Shown: piece after piece, positions 38,945 through 52,132 of the stretch
How positions within the stretch are numbered: the first letter of the stretch is position 1
Layout: the number at the start of each line of letters is the position of its first letter
Assembly: GCA_030528455.1 (NCBI GenBank)
Contig: JAUMYW010000003.1
Location: forward strand, 3,124 to 67,123
From: Neisseria sp.
GTDB lineage: Bacteria; Pseudomonadota; Gammaproteobacteria; Burkholderiales; Neisseriaceae
Reading direction: 5' to 3'
Length of the DNA stretch: 64,000 nt
The notes under the pieces: generated by a model
The model's input: the letters and a program-made list of their open reading frames with translations, nothing else
Told to the model about the DNA's origin: nothing
Database searches by the model: none
Program-made: the position numbers and the translations under genes

Positions 38945-41116
38945 ATGGCCTATCAATATATCCGCGCGGGCGGTCTGCAAGTCGACCAACATCTTTATCG
39001 CTTTGTCAGCGACGAAGTATTGGCCAAACACCCGAACGTCGAAGCCGAAGCATTTTGGCAGGGATTGACCGGGTTGGTTGCCGAATACGCGCCGAAAAAC
39101 AAGGCTTTGCTGGATAAGCGCGACGATATTCAAGCCAAGATCGATGCCTGGCATAAAGAGCGTCCCGGCAAACCTGACGAGGCGGAATACACTGCTTTCC
39201 TGCGCGAAATCGGCTATCTGACGGACGAACCTGCCGATTTCCAAATTACCACCTCCAATGTTGACCGCGAAGTAGCCGAACAGGCCGGCCCTCAGCTGGT
39301 TGTGCCGATTAACAATGCCCGTTACGCCCTGAATGCGGCCAATGCGCGCTGGGGCAGCCTCTACGATGCTTTGTACGGCACCGATGCCATTGACCAAAGC
39401 GGCGATTTGGCTCCGGGCAAAACATACAATCCGAAACGCGGCGATGCGGTGATTGCGTTTGCACGCGATGTATTGGACAACAGCCTGCCTTTGGTCGAAG
39501 GCAGTCATAAAGACGTATTAGCTTATTATGTGGAAGAAGGCCGTCTGCAGACCCGCTTGAAAGACGGCAGAAGCAGCGGTTTGAAACAGCCCGAACTGTT
39601 TAAAGGTTACAACGGCAGCGCAGCCGAGCCGTCTTCCCTCCTGTTTTTGCACAACGGTCTGCATATCGACATTCTGATTGATAAAAACAGTCCTATCGGC
39701 TCGCAAGATCCTGCCGGTGTGAAAGACATTGTGCTGGAAGCCGCACTGTCTACGATTATGGACTGTGAAGATTCCGTGGCTGCCGTCGACGGCGAAGACA
39801 AAACCTTGGTTTACCGCAACTGGCTGGGTCTGATGACCGGTATGCTGACCGAAGAAGTCGAGAAAAACGGCAAAACCTTTACCCGCAAACTCAATCCCGA
39901 CCGCGAGTACACCGCACCGGACGGCAGCACCTTCAAACTGCCCGGCCGCTCGCTGCTGTTTATCCGCAACGTCGGTCATCTGATGACGACACCGGCTGTC
40001 TTGGATGCAGACGGCAATGAAATTCCGGAAGGTATTTTGGACGGTGTGATGACCGCACTGATTGCCTATTTCGATTTGAGCCGTAAAGAAAATACCAACA
40101 GCCGCTCCGGTTCCGTATATATCGTGAAGCCGAAAATGCACGGTGCGGAAGAAGTAGCGTTTGCCAACGAATTGTTTGCCGCTTTTGAAGATTTGGCCAA
40201 ACTGCCGCGCAATACGCTGAAAATGGGCGTGATGGATGAAGAACGCCGCACCTCTGCCAATTTGAAAGCCTGTATTGCTGCCGCGCCGGAACGCATTGTA
40301 TTCATCAACACCGGTTTCCTCGACCGTACCGGTGACGAAATGCATACTTCCATGCAGGCGGGCGCGATGATTCGTAAGGGCGATATGAAGTCGAGCATAT
40401 GGATTAACGCTTACGAGCTGAGCAACGTCCAAACCGGCCTGCAATGCGGCCTGCCGGGCAAGGCGCAAATCGGCAAGGGCATGTGGGCGATGCCGGATCT
40501 GATGGCGGAAATGCTGAAACAGAAAATCAGCCATCCGAAAACCGGTGCGACCACCGCCTGGGTGCCGTCTCCGACCGCCGCCACTCTGCACGCGCTGCAT
40601 TACCATCAGGTTGATGTGTTTGCCGTGCAGCGCGACTTGCTGGCTTCCGAATGCAAGGATTACCGTGCTGATTTGCTGACCGTTCCTTTGGCGGAAAATA
40701 CCGATTGGAGCGATGCCGAGAAACAGCAGGAATTAGACAACAACTGTCAGGGCATTCTGGGCTATGTCGTGCGTTGGGTAGAACAGGGCGTGGGTTGTTC
40801 CAAAGTGCCGGATATCCACAACGTCGGCCTGATGGAAGACCGTGCGACACTGAGGATTTCCAGCCAGCACATTGCTAACTGGCTGCAGCACGGCGTAGTC
40901 GGCGAGGCTCAGGTTCGCGAAACGCTGGAACGCATGGCTGCGGTGGTGGACAAGCAGAATGAAGGCGATGCGGCTTACACGCCTATGGTCGGCCGCTTCG
41001 ATACTTCGTCGGCATTCCTGGCCGCCTGCGACTTGATTTTCAAAGGCGCGGAACAGCCTAGCGGTTACACCGAACCGCTGCTGCACCATTGGCGTCGTGT
41101 AGCCAAAGGTTCCTGA
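38945..41116 (+). CDS. glcB: Malate synthase G
   Basis: [65 protein letters not shown]; 723 aa. Confidence 0.96.
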   Translation: MAYQYIRAGGLQVDQHLYRFVSDEVLAKHPNVEAEAFWQGLTGLVAEYAPKNKALLDKRDDIQAKIDAWHKERPGKPDEAEYTAFLREIGYLTDEPADFQITTSNVDREVAEQAGPQLVVPINNARYALNAANARWGSLYDALYGTDAIDQSGDLAPGKTYNPKRGDAVIAFARDVLDNSLPLVEGSHKDVLAYYVEEGRLQTRLKDGRSSGLKQPELFKGYNGSAAEPSSLLFLHNGLHIDILIDKNSPIGSQDPAGVKDIVLEAALSTIMDCEDSVAAVDGEDKTLVYRNWLGLMTGMLTEEVEKNGKTFTRKLNPDREYTAPDGSTFKLPGRSLLFIRNVGHLMTTPAVLDADGNEIPEGILDGVMTALIAYFDLSRKENTNSRSGSVYIVKPKMHGAEEVAFANELFAAFEDLAKLPRNTLKMGVMDEERRTSANLKACIAAAPERIVFINTGFLDRTGDEMHTSMQAGAMIRKGDMKSSIWINAYELSNVQTGLQCGLPGKAQIGKGMWAMPDLMAEMLKQKISHPKTGATTAWVPSPTAATLHALHYHQVDVFAVQRDLLASECKDYRADLLTVPLAENTDWSDAEKQQELDNNCQGILGYVVRWVEQGVGCSKVPDIHNVGLMEDRATLRISSQHIANWLQHGVVGEAQVRETLERMAAVVDKQNEGDAAYTPMVGRFDTSSAFLAACDLIFKGAEQPSGYTEPLLHHWRRVAKGS

Positions 41117-41213
41117 CAGCTGGGCAGTAGGCCGTCTGCAATTGCCGTTTCGGGGTGCAGACGGCTTCTTGATTACAATTCGGGAATGAACAAATGATTG
41201 GATAACTTAGGAA

Positions 41214-42185
41214 TTGGAAGTGCGTTTTTTAACAGTTTTGAGCCGTCAGCTGACCCGTTTTACGGCTTTGGTGATTATTTTGGCGGCGGTGGCGGCGATG
41301 ATCGAGCCGGTGACGTTTTCGTGGGTAAAAGGCGATACGCAGATTGTCGTACTCGGCCTGATTATGCTCGGCATGGGTATGACTCTGGGTAAAGAAGATT
41401 ACCGCGTTCTCGCGCAGCGGCCGTTCGACATTATGGTCGGCGCAGTGGCGCAATATACGATTATGCCGCTGTTGGCATTCGGTATCGGCAGGGCGTTCGG
41501 ACTTTCAGACGGCATTACTTTGGGGCTGGTGTTGGTCGGATCCTGTCCGGGCGGCGTATCGTCCAATATTATGAGTTATCTGGCTAAGGGCGATGTGGCG
41601 TTTTCGGTCGGCATGACCACGGTTTCCACCGTGCTTGCGCCGGTTGTCGCACCTTTGTGGATGATGTACCTGATGGGCGAAACCGTTGCGATGGACGGCT
41701 GGGGTATGTTCCAATTCATGCTTCTGGTAACTTTGCTGCCGGTAGTTCTCGGTTCGCTGGCAAACATTATGCTGCACAAAAAAACATGGTTTGAAGATGT
41801 CCGCAATATCATGCCGGGCGTGGCCGTGATTGCGTTTGCCTGCATCGTGGGCGGCGTGGCCGCAGTACACGGACACCGTTTTATGGAATCTGCACTGGTC
41901 ATGGTGGCGGCGATTGCCGCGCACAATGTCGGCGGTTATGTTTTGGGATACTATGCCGGTGCGCTCTTAGGTATGAGCGTGCCTAAGAAACGCACTTTGT
42001 CGATCGAGGTTGGTGTGCAGAATGCCGGTTTGGCAACTGGTTTGAGTGCCAAATTTTTTCCGGGCAATGCGGAATCCGCCATTGCGGCGGCAGTTGCCTG
42101 CGTATGGCACTCCGTTTCCGGTACCGTATTGGGCAACGCCTTTGCCTGGTGGGACAAACACAAAGCAGGACAATCTTCAAACTGA
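41214..42185 (+). CDS. Bile acid:sodium symporter family transporter (PanS-like)
   Basis: QYTIMPL, LVGSCPGGVSSN, SIEVGVQNAGLA; start codon uncertain. Confidence 0.85.
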   Translation: MEVRFLTVLSRQLTRFTALVIILAAVAAMIEPVTFSWVKGDTQIVVLGLIMLGMGMTLGKEDYRVLAQRPFDIMVGAVAQYTIMPLLAFGIGRAFGLSDGITLGLVLVGSCPGGVSSNIMSYLAKGDVAFSVGMTTVSTVLAPVVAPLWMMYLMGETVAMDGWGMFQFMLLVTLLPVVLGSLANIMLHKKTWFEDVRNIMPGVAVIAFACIVGGVAAVHGHRFMESALVMVAAIAAHNVGGYVLGYYAGALLGMSVPKKRTLSIEVGVQNAGLATGLSAKFFPGNAESAIAAAVACVWHSVSGTVLGNAFAWWDKHKAGQSSN

Positions 42186-42199
42186 ATCCAGAACAATAA

Positions 42200-43396
<1,197 letters not shown>

Positions 43397-43454
43397 AGCC
43401 GAATGATGCCGTCTGCACCTGTTTTCAGACGGCCTGTTGCGAAAGGAAAACACA

Positions 43455-44450
43455 ATGTCCGCCTTGAAAAACCGTCATTTTTTGAAACTTCTGGACTTTA
43501 CGCCGTCCGAAATCAAGGAACTGCTTGATTTGGCCGCCGAATTGAAAGCCGCCAAAAAAGCAGGCCGCGAAGAGCAGCGTCTGCGCGGCAAAAACATCGC
43601 ACTGATTTTTGAGAAAACTTCCACCCGCACCCGCTGCGCGTTTGAAGTGGCCGCACGCGACCAAGGCGCAGGCGTTACTTATCTGGAACCGAGCGGCAGC
43701 CAAATCGGCCACAAAGAAAGCATCAAAGACACCGCACGCGTATTGGGACGAATGTATGACGGTATCGAATATCGGGGGTTCGGGCAGGAAATTGTGGAAG
43801 AATTGGCCGCTTATGCCGGCGTGCCGGTATTCAACGGCCTGACAGACGAATTCCACCCCACTCAGATGCTGGCCGATGTCCTGACGATGCGCGAACATTG
43901 CAGAAAACCGCTGAACGAAACCGCCTATGCCTATGTCGGCGATGCCCGCTACAATATGGGCAACTCGCTGCTGCTGGTCGGCGCATTGCTGGGCATGGAC
44001 GTGCGTATCGGCGCGCCGAAAGAATTGTGGCCGTCTGAAAACATCATTGCCAAAGCACACGAGCTGGCGGAAAAAAGCGGCGCGCGCGTGCTGCTCACCG
44101 ACAATCCCGAAGAAGCCGTAAAAGGCGCGGATTTCATCCATACCGACGTTTGGGTGAGCATGGGCGAGCCGAACGAAGTGTGGCGGCAGCGCATCGAACT
44201 GCTGAAACCTTACCGCGTTACGCCCGAACTGATGGCCGCTTCCGGCAATCCGAACGTCAAATTCATGCACTGCCTGCCTGCTTTCCACAACCGCGAAACC
44301 AAAGTCGGCGAATGGATTTACCAGACTTTCGGCCTGGACGGAGTGGAAGTTACCGAAGACGTGTTCGAGAGCGAAGCGAGCATTGTGTTCGATCAGGCGG
44401 AAAACCGTATGCATACCATCAAAGCCGTATTGGTGGCGAGTTTGGGTTGA
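43455..44450 (+). CDS. argF: Ornithine carbamoyltransferase
   Basis: [31 protein letters not shown]. Confidence 0.96.
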   Translation: MSALKNRHFLKLLDFTPSEIKELLDLAAELKAAKKAGREEQRLRGKNIALIFEKTSTRTRCAFEVAARDQGAGVTYLEPSGSQIGHKESIKDTARVLGRMYDGIEYRGFGQEIVEELAAYAGVPVFNGLTDEFHPTQMLADVLTMREHCRKPLNETAYAYVGDARYNMGNSLLLVGALLGMDVRIGAPKELWPSENIIAKAHELAEKSGARVLLTDNPEEAVKGADFIHTDVWVSMGEPNEVWRQRIELLKPYRVTPELMAASGNPNVKFMHCLPAFHNRETKVGEWIYQTFGLDGVEVTEDVFESEASIVFDQAENRMHTIKAVLVASLG

Positions 44451-44587
44451 GCATATGCCGTCTGCAGGTACTGCCGGAACAGAAACTTTTTAGACAGTGC
44501 CGGAGTGAAAAAACTTGCTTTGCAGGATTTTAGCCATTAAAATGGCGCGTTTAACAAATTCATATTTTCTTTCAGGAGATAAACAAT

Positions 44588-44851
44588 ATGGCCAACAGCG
44601 CACAAGCACGTAAACGCGCCCGTCAAGCGGTGAAAAGCCGTGCCCATAACGCCAGCCTGCGTACTGCATTCCGTACTGCAGTAAAAAAAGTATTGAAAGC
44701 CGTTGCAGCCGGTGATAAAGCCGCTGCTCAAGCAGTTTACCGCGATTCTGTAAAAGTTTTGGACCGCATTGCCGACAAAGGCGTATTTCATAAGAACAAA
44801 GCAGCCCGTCATAAGAGCCGCTTGTCTGCCAAAGTAAAAGCAATGGCCTGA
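44588..44851 (+). CDS. rpsT: 30S ribosomal protein S20
   Basis: [13 protein letters not shown]...[12 protein letters not shown]. Confidence 0.98.
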   Translation: MANSAQARKRARQAVKSRAHNASLRTAFRTAVKKVLKAVAAGDKAAAQAVYRDSVKVLDRIADKGVFHKNKAARHKSRLSAKVKAMA

Positions 44852-44980
44852 TTCGGATTTCCGGCAGATGCGAGAAGCGTCTGACAATGCCCCCAAGCGT
44901 GCTGTAAAGCTTTTGTTTGGGGGTTTTTGCTGTGTAATTTTAATAGTGCCGAAGGCGGCAAATGCGGGGTCGGAGTGAGA

Positions 44981-46144
44981 ATGCGGGACAGAATAAAGAT
45001 CGAAGGCGTTAAAGCTTTATTATTGCTGTCGGGTTTGCCGGCTGCTTATGCGGCAGATCCCGTTGCCATGCAGTGTACCCTGCTTAAAGACGATGCATTG
45101 CGTTTGGCCTGTTTCGATAAAATTTATGCCGCCCAGCTCCCTCCTGCCAAACCGATTGAGTTTGAAAGCGGAGAAGCCGAATCCAAATCTTTGGACTTGG
45201 TAAAAAGTATCAGCAGCAGTTTGGAAAACAAAGATGCTGTTTTGGTATTCTCGCCTTTGGATAAGCCGGCAGGGGAAAGTTTCGAGCCGTCTGAGAAACT
45301 AATCGAAGCCGCAGATGCCTATACGCCCTTAAGCAATCTGTTTGATTTGGACGAAAACAGTGCAGACGGCTTGCTGGCGGTTCGCGAACACCAACCGATG
45401 TATCTGATGCCTGTTTGGTACAACAGCAGTCCGAATACCGGACCGCATTCGCCGACGCGGGGAAAAAGCGATGCCGAACGCTTCCGGGGGCAAAAACGGA
45501 CGGAAGCCAAGATGCAGGTCTCTTTCAAAACCAAAGTTATAGAAGACTTGTTCGGAACCCGTGCCGATTTATGGTTCGGATACACTCAGAAATCGGATTG
45601 GCAGGTTTGGAGCCAGGGAAAAAAATCCGCGCCGTTCCGCAACAGCGATTACGCTCCGGAAATGCTGCTCACACAACCGGTAAAAGCACAGCTTCCTTTA
45701 CGCGGCAAGTTGCGGATGTTGGGAGCGGGGTTTGTGCATGAATCAAACGGCCAAAGCCGTCCTGAATCGCGTTCGTGGAACCGTGCCTATGCGATGGTCG
45801 GTATGGAGTGGGGCAGACTGACGGTGATGCCGAGGATTTGGATTCGTATGTTCGACGCGAAGGGTGATAAAGACGACAATCCCGATATTGTAAAATATAT
45901 GGGTTACGGTGATTTGCGTATGTTTTACCGTTTCAACAAGCGTCATACTTTAACGGGTATGTTGCGTTACAATCCAGCCAGCGGAAAAGGGGCGGCGGAA
46001 GCCGCCTATACCTTTCCTTTGAAAGGCAAGCTGAAAGCCTATGTTCGGGGGTTTCACGGTTACGGGGAAAGTCTGGTGGACTACAATCACAAACAAACGG
46101 GCATCGGTTTCGGTCTGATGTTTCGGGATTGGGACGGCATCTGA
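44981..46144 (+). CDS. pldA: Outer membrane phospholipase A
   Basis: HESNGQ catalytic motif, SRSWNR, SAPFRNSDY, GYGESLVDYN. Confidence 0.92.
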   Translation: MRDRIKIEGVKALLLLSGLPAAYAADPVAMQCTLLKDDALRLACFDKIYAAQLPPAKPIEFESGEAESKSLDLVKSISSSLENKDAVLVFSPLDKPAGESFEPSEKLIEAADAYTPLSNLFDLDENSADGLLAVREHQPMYLMPVWYNSSPNTGPHSPTRGKSDAERFRGQKRTEAKMQVSFKTKVIEDLFGTRADLWFGYTQKSDWQVWSQGKKSAPFRNSDYAPEMLLTQPVKAQLPLRGKLRMLGAGFVHESNGQSRPESRSWNRAYAMVGMEWGRLTVMPRIWIRMFDAKGDKDDNPDIVKYMGYGDLRMFYRFNKRHTLTGMLRYNPASGKGAAEAAYTFPLKGKLKAYVRGFHGYGESLVDYNHKQTGIGFGLMFRDWDGI

Positions 46145-46263
46145 TAACCAACGATGCAGACGGCATCAAGACCGGTTTGAAACCGGTATGGCCGATTTTC
46201 CGTTTTGCAGCGGCGGAAAAAGCGTATAATAGCCGTTTTGGGTTTTGCGGCAGGGGAAGCTGA

Positions 46264-46974
46264 ATGGCAGAAAAAAATGAGGGCGGCGGTGTCGGCAAAG
46301 CCCTGAAAAAATATCTGATAACCGGTATTTTGGTATGGTTGCCGGTGGCGGTAACCGTATGGGTAATCAGCTATATTATTTCAGCAACCGACAGTCTGAT
46401 CGATTTGATACCTGCCAAGTGGCAGCCGGTTAACTATCTGGGTTTCAACATTCCCGGTTTGGGTTTTATCATTGCCATTTTGGTGCTGTTTGTAACGGGC
46501 TTGTTTGGTGCAAACGTATTGGGCAAGAAAATCCTCCAACTTTGGGATTCCCTTTTAAGCAATATTCCGGTTGTCAAATCGATTTATTCCAGCGTCAAAA
46601 AAGTATCTGAATCCCTGCTTGCCGACAACGGACGTTCGTTCAAAACCCCGGTTTTGGTGCCGTTTCCGCATAATGGAATCAGAACGGTCGCCTTTGTTTC
46701 CGGCAGTCTGCCAGATAAAATCAAAGACAAACTGAACGGCGGGGAAACATATGTTCCCGTTTATGTGCCGACTACGCCGAATCCGACCGGCGGTTATTAT
46801 ATTATGGTAAGGCAGTCCGACATTGTCGAATTGGATATGAGTGTGGACGATGCTTTGAAGTATGTGATTTCTTTAGGTATGGTCGTGCCGGACGAATTGC
46901 CCGTAAAGCCTGCGGTGCATACGGCCGTGCCGTCTGCAGGTCCTGAGGGCACACAGCGGCCCGACAACAACTGA
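46264..46974 (+). CDS. DUF502-family membrane protein
   Basis: IPVVKSIYSSVK; VPTTPNPTGG; typical neighbour of aspS. Confidence 0.85.
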   Translation: MAEKNEGGGVGKALKKYLITGILVWLPVAVTVWVISYIISATDSLIDLIPAKWQPVNYLGFNIPGLGFIIAILVLFVTGLFGANVLGKKILQLWDSLLSNIPVVKSIYSSVKKVSESLLADNGRSFKTPVLVPFPHNGIRTVAFVSGSLPDKIKDKLNGGETYVPVYVPTTPNPTGGYYIMVRQSDIVELDMSVDDALKYVISLGMVVPDELPVKPAVHTAVPSAGPEGTQRPDNN

Positions 46975-47054
46975 TTTGATGCCGCCTGAAAACGGAAAAG
47001 AGGATTTTCAGGCGGTCAGAATTTGAAACATGATTGATTTTCCAAGGAAAAATT

Positions 47055-48863
47055 ATGCGTACAAACTATTGCGGCTTAATCAGCGAACAATATTTAGACC
47101 AAACCGTTACCGTTAAAGGCTGGGTTCACCGTCGGCGGGATCACGGCGGTGTGATTTTTATCGACCTGCGTGACAGAGAGGGTATCGTTCAAGTGGTAAT
47201 CGATCCCGATACGCCCGAAGCATTCGCCTTGGCCGATTCTTCACGCAACGAATACGTTTTGAGCATTACCGGCCGCGTGCGCAACCGTCCGGAAGGTACT
47301 TCCAATGACAAAATGGTGTCAGGCAAAATCGAAATTCTGGCCAAAGAAATCGAAGTGCTGAATACTGCCGCCACGCCGCCTTTCCAAATCGACGACGAAA
47401 ACATCAGCGAAAACGTCCGTCTGACCAACCGCGTTATCGACCTGCGCCGTCCGCAAATGCAGCGCAATCTGCGCCTGCGTTACCAAGTGGCCATGGGCGT
47501 GCGCCGCTATCTGGACGAACAGGGCTTTATCGACATCGAAACCCCGATGCTGACCCGTTCCACTCCCGAGGGCGCGCGCGACTATCTTGTGCCGAGCCGC
47601 GTACATCCGGGCGAATTTTTCGCCTTGCCGCAATCGCCCCAGTTGTTCAAACAACTGCTGATGGTGGCCGGTTTCGACCGTTACTATCAGATTACCAAAT
47701 GTTTCCGTGATGAAGATTTGCGCGCCGACCGTCAGCCCGAATTTACCCAAATCGACTTGGAAACTTCGTTTTTGAACGAAAACGAAATCATGGATATTAC
47801 CGAAGGCATGGCGAAAAAAGTGTTCAAAGACGCGTTGGGTGTGGATTTGGGCGATTTCCCGCGTATGCCTTATTCGGAAGCGATGTTCTATTACGGTTCC
47901 GACAAACCCGATATGCGCGTTAGCCTGAAATTTACCGAGTTGACCGAATTGATGAAGACCGAGGAGTTAAAGGTATTCCGTGCCGCTGCGGATATGAAAG
48001 GCGGCCGCGTGGTGGCTTTGCGTGTTCCGAACGGCGCGGCGTTCAGCCGTAAAGTGATTGACGAATATACGAAATTCGTCGGCATTTACGGTGCGAAAGG
48101 CTTGGCTTACATCAAAGTGAACGATGTGAGCAAAATCACCAACGGTGAAGACAGCGGCCTGCAAAGTCCGATTGTGAAAAACCTGTCGGAAAATGCGCTG
48201 AAATCGATTATCGAGCAAACCGGCGCGCAAAACGGCGACATCATTTTCTTCGGCGCGGACAAAGCCAAGATTGTGAACGAAGCGATGGGTGCGTTGCGTA
48301 TCAAAGTCGGCCACGAACACGGTTTGGAAAACGGCTATTTTGTCGATGAATGGCGGCCGTTGTGGGTAGTGGACTTTCCGATGTTCGAATACGACGAGGA
48401 AAACGACCGTTATGCCGCCATGCACCATCCGTTTACCTCTCCGAAACCGGGTCATGAAGATTTGATGGAAAGTAATCCTGAAAATTGTTTGGCACGTGCG
48501 TACGATATGGTATTGAACGGCTGGGAAATCGGCGGAGGTTCCATCCGTATCCACCGTGCGGAGGTTCAAGAGAAAGTATTTGCCGCTTTGAAAATTACGC
48601 CGGAAGAACAGCAGGAAAAATTCGGCTTCCTGTTGGATAATTTGAAATTCGGTGCGCCTCCCCACGGCGGTTTGGCATTCGGTTTGGATCGTCTGGTAAC
48701 CCTGATGACCGGTGCAGAATCTATCCGCGATGTGATTGCCTTCCCGAAAACGCAGCGTGCCCAATGTCTGCTGACCAATGCGCCGAATGCGGTGGACGAC
48801 AAACAGTTGCGCGAATTGAGCCTGCGCCTGCGTCAAAAAGCAGCGGAAGCAAAAGAAGTTTGA
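47055..48863 (+). CDS. aspS: Aspartyl-tRNA synthetase, probably non-discriminating
   Basis: [10 protein letters not shown] (His typical of the non-discriminating type), [16 protein letters not shown]...RQPEFTQ, PPHGG. Confidence 0.96.
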   Translation: MRTNYCGLISEQYLDQTVTVKGWVHRRRDHGGVIFIDLRDREGIVQVVIDPDTPEAFALADSSRNEYVLSITGRVRNRPEGTSNDKMVSGKIEILAKEIEVLNTAATPPFQIDDENISENVRLTNRVIDLRRPQMQRNLRLRYQVAMGVRRYLDEQGFIDIETPMLTRSTPEGARDYLVPSRVHPGEFFALPQSPQLFKQLLMVAGFDRYYQITKCFRDEDLRADRQPEFTQIDLETSFLNENEIMDITEGMAKKVFKDALGVDLGDFPRMPYSEAMFYYGSDKPDMRVSLKFTELTELMKTEELKVFRAAADMKGGRVVALRVPNGAAFSRKVIDEYTKFVGIYGAKGLAYIKVNDVSKITNGEDSGLQSPIVKNLSENALKSIIEQTGAQNGDIIFFGADKAKIVNEAMGALRIKVGHEHGLENGYFVDEWRPLWVVDFPMFEYDEENDRYAAMHHPFTSPKPGHEDLMESNPENCLARAYDMVLNGWEIGGGSIRIHRAEVQEKVFAALKITPEEQQEKFGFLLDNLKFGAPPHGGLAFGLDRLVTLMTGAESIRDVIAFPKTQRAQCLLTNAPNAVDDKQLRELSLRLRQKAAEAKEV

Positions 48864-48880
48864 TAATGTTTTGAAAGGGA

Positions 48881-48916
48881 AAGCCGTCTGAACATACTTT
48901 TCAGACGGCTTTTTTT
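48881..48916 (+). terminator. Canonical-DUS inverted-repeat terminator after aspS
   Basis: AAGCCGTCTGAA-loop-TTCAGACGGCTT followed by a T-run. Confidence 0.85.
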
Positions 48917-49057
48917 ACACATAAAGAATACGATGGGAAAATGTGCGGAGGGATGGGAATCAACTGCCGTGAAGGGGAAAAGAGATGCGGTTTTAGCCGT
49001 ATCTGTTTTTTACGATAAGGTTTCCGATTTGGAATTTTGTGCATGAAAGAAAAGGAA

Positions 49058-49384
49058 ATGTTGAAAACATTATTGTTGTTTGTATTGACTGCGGTTGCTG
49101 AGATTGTCGGTTGTTGGCTGCCCTACCTTTATTTCAGACAGAACGCTTCGGCCTGGCTGTTGGTGCCGGCGGCAGTCAGCTTGGCATTGTTTGCCTGGCT
49201 GCTGACGCTTCATCCGACAGCCAGCGGCAGGATTTATGCAGCTTACGGCGGTGTTTATGTGTGTACGGCTTTGGTCTGGCTGTGGCTTGCAGACGGCATC
49301 AGGCCGCAATGGACGGACATCGGAGGTATTGTATTGTGCTTGGGCGGCATGGTGTTGATTATGTGGGGAAGTCGGACGGTTTGA
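49058..49384 (+). CDS. ynfA: UPF0060/YnfA small membrane protein
   Basis: [30 protein letters not shown]. Confidence 0.88.
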   Translation: MLKTLLLFVLTAVAEIVGCWLPYLYFRQNASAWLLVPAAVSLALFAWLLTLHPTASGRIYAAYGGVYVCTALVWLWLADGIRPQWTDIGGIVLCLGGMVLIMWGSRTV

Positions 49385-49466
49385 TTGACGGTCTTGGCGA
49401 TTGCCGTCTGCAAACAGCTGCCGACGGCATATCAAATCTTTTCTCCGGCGGAGGGGAAAGCGGGGT

Positions 49467-50369
49467 TTATTCCGCTTCATCGTGCCGATGGGCTTGGGCT
49501 TCGCCTAAGAAACCTTTCAGTTTTTGCAGTGCTTTGGCTTCAATTTGGCGGATACGTTCGGCTGAAACTCCGTATTCGGCTGCCAATTCGTGCAGGGTCA
49601 GTCCGCTGTCGTCTTGCAGCCAGCGCGTTTCGATGATACGGCGGCTGCGTTCGTCCAATTGTGCTAAGGCGTTTTGCAGACCTTCGGTTTGAAGGGCGTA
49701 ATGAGCCTTTTTGGCGATTTGGCGGGTCGGCTCGCTGTCGTTGTCGGCCAGCCAGTCGATGGGGGCGAAGCTGCCGTCTTCATCGTCGCTGTTGTCCGCA
49801 AGAAGCGCAACGTCGCGACCGGTCATGCGTTGTTCCATTTCTATGACTTCGGACAATTTTACGCCCAAATCGTCCGCAATGGCCTGAGCCTCTTTCGGGC
49901 TGAGTGCCGACAGAGACTTGCGCATGGAGCGCAGATTGAAAAACAGTTTGCGCTGCGGTTTGGTGGTGGCTACCCGGACCAGTCGCCAGTTGCGCAGGAT
50001 AAATTCGTGGATTTCCGCTTTAATCCAGTGGACGGCGAAGGAAAACAGGCGTGCGCCACGCTCGGGTTCGTAACGTTTGACCGCTTTCATCAGCCCGATG
50101 TTGCCTTCCTGAATCAAGTCGGCCTGATTGAGTCCGTAACCGTCGTATCCCCGGGCAATCGACACCACCACGCGTAGATGAGACAAAATCAGTTGTTTGG
50201 CCGCTTCCATATCGCCGTGCATTTTGCGCTCGGCGAGGTTGTGTTCCTCTTCGGGCGTGAGCATGGGAATGCTGTTTACCGTGCTGATGTATTGTTCCAG
50301 GCTGCCGTGTCCGCTGGGAACGGGTAAAACGGTTTTGGCAACTGCGGTATTGTTTGCGGTCATTCGCAT
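49467..50369 (-). CDS. rpoH: Heat-shock sigma factor sigma32
   Basis: DLIQEGNIGLMKAV; RpoH box QRKLFFNLR; VSAERIRQIE. Confidence 0.96.
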   Translation of the reverse strand: MRMTANNTAVAKTVLPVPSGHGSLEQYISTVNSIPMLTPEEEHNLAERKMHGDMEAAKQLILSHLRVVVSIARGYDGYGLNQADLIQEGNIGLMKAVKRYEPERGARLFSFAVHWIKAEIHEFILRNWRLVRVATTKPQRKLFFNLRSMRKSLSALSPKEAQAIADDLGVKLSEVIEMEQRMTGRDVALLADNSDDEDGSFAPIDWLADNDSEPTRQIAKKAHYALQTEGLQNALAQLDERSRRIIETRWLQDDSGLTLHELAAEYGVSAERIRQIEAKALQKLKGFLGEAQAHRHDEAE

Positions 50370-50577
50370 TTTTCCTTAGTGTATGTGTGCTCTCAGACGT
50401 AAAACAGGTTTATTTTAACATTTTACAGAGCCGAGTGGGCGGTGTCGGACAGACGGTAAGGTTAAATCCGGCAAGTTTGCGTTGAGAAGGAGCTTTGGCT
50501 GACAGAAGCGTGCAGACGGCATATGGCTTGCCGTCGGGTGAGGTTTCGGGTAGAATCCGTTGTTTATCTTTCCCGAC

Positions 50578-50653
<76 letters not shown>

Positions 50654-50741
50654 CTTTTCTGTATCCATCAGCTGAATTTTTCCAAATCCGACGGTTTTCA
50701 AAGGCTTTTCCGCCTGCCGTTTTCCATTTCCGAATTTCATT

Positions 50742-52001
50742 ATGCACGTTTCCGAACTTCAAACCCAACATATCTCGAAACTTTTAGAACAAGCCGAACA
50801 ACTCGAAATCGAAAACGCCAACCGCTTGCGCAAACAGGATTTGGTGTTTGCGATTGTGCGCCAGCTGATGAAGCAGGGTGAAAGTTTTACTTGCTCGGGC
50901 ACGCTGGAAATTCTGCCCGACGGTTTCGGTTTCCTGCGCAGCGCAGATACTTCTTATTTGGCAGGTCCCGACGATATTTACGTTTCGCCCAGCCAAATCC
51001 GCCGTTTCAATCTGCACACGGGCGATACCATCGAAGGCAGCGTGCGCGTTCCCAAAGACAACGAACGCTATTTCGCGCTTGTGCGCCTGGACAGCATTAA
51101 CGGCGACAAGCCGGAAGTGTGCAAGCACAAAATCCTGTTTGAGAATCTCACGCCGCTGTTCCCGACCCGACAATTCAAGCTGGAACGCGACATCAAGGCC
51201 GAAGAAAACATTACCGGTCGTGCCATCGATCTGATTTCGCCCATCGGCTTCGGCCAGCGCGCCCTGATTGTCGCGCCACCGAAATCGGGCAAAACCGTGA
51301 TGCTGCAAAACATCGCTCACGCGATTACCGCCAATTATCCCGATGCGGAACTGATTGTGCTGCTGATTGATGAGCGGCCGGAAGAAGTAACCGAAATGTC
51401 GCGCAGCGTGCGCGGCGAAGTGGTGTCGTCCACGTTTGACGAACCTGCCTCGCGTCATGTCCAGGTGGCTGAGATGGTAATCGAAAAAGCCAAACGCATG
51501 GTCGAGCATAAAAAAGACGTGGTGATTTTATTGGACAGCATTACCCGTCTGGCCCGTGCCTACAATACCGTTGTGCCCGCTTCGGGCAAAATTCTGACCG
51601 GCGGTGTCGATGCGAACGCTCTGCACCGTCCGAAACGCTTTTTCGGCGCGGCGCGGAATGTGGAAGAAGGCGGTTCGCTGACAATCATCGCTACCGCTTT
51701 GGTGGAAACCGGCAGCCGTATGGACGATGTGATTTACGAAGAATTCAAAGGCACGGGCAATATGGAGCTGCATCTCGACCGCCGTATGGGCGAGAAACGC
51801 TTGTTCCCTGCCGTGAACATCAACAAATCCGGCACGCGCCGCGAAGAGCTACTGGTGCCGAACGACCAGTTGCAGCGTATGTGGCTGCTGCGCAAATTCC
51901 TGCATCCTATGGACGATTTGGAGGCGGCCGAATTTTTAATCGGCAAACTCAAAGTCTCGAAAGACAACAACGAATTTTTCGATCTGATGCGCGGGAAGTA
52001 A
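50742..52001 (+). CDS. rho: Transcription termination factor Rho
   Basis: [36 protein letters not shown]. Confidence 0.98.
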   Translation: MHVSELQTQHISKLLEQAEQLEIENANRLRKQDLVFAIVRQLMKQGESFTCSGTLEILPDGFGFLRSADTSYLAGPDDIYVSPSQIRRFNLHTGDTIEGSVRVPKDNERYFALVRLDSINGDKPEVCKHKILFENLTPLFPTRQFKLERDIKAEENITGRAIDLISPIGFGQRALIVAPPKSGKTVMLQNIAHAITANYPDAELIVLLIDERPEEVTEMSRSVRGEVVSSTFDEPASRHVQVAEMVIEKAKRMVEHKKDVVILLDSITRLARAYNTVVPASGKILTGGVDANALHRPKRFFGAARNVEEGGSLTIIATALVETGSRMDDVIYEEFKGTGNMELHLDRRMGEKRLFPAVNINKSGTRREELLVPNDQLQRMWLLRKFLHPMDDLEAAEFLIGKLKVSKDNNEFFDLMRGK

Positions 52002-52132
52002 GCGCGAAACAGGCCGTCCGAACACGTTTTCAGGCGGCCTGTCGTTTGTCTGCCCAAGCTGCAGACGGCATGGTGCGGATTGTTCCGCCGTTTCCGAATT
52101 GCAGACTGCTTGTGCCGGAAAGGAAAAAAGAT

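Noticed and set aside
50654-50741. tRNA 3' end as an integration site
   Set aside because: No integrase and no duplicated tRNA 3' fragment; rho follows directly.
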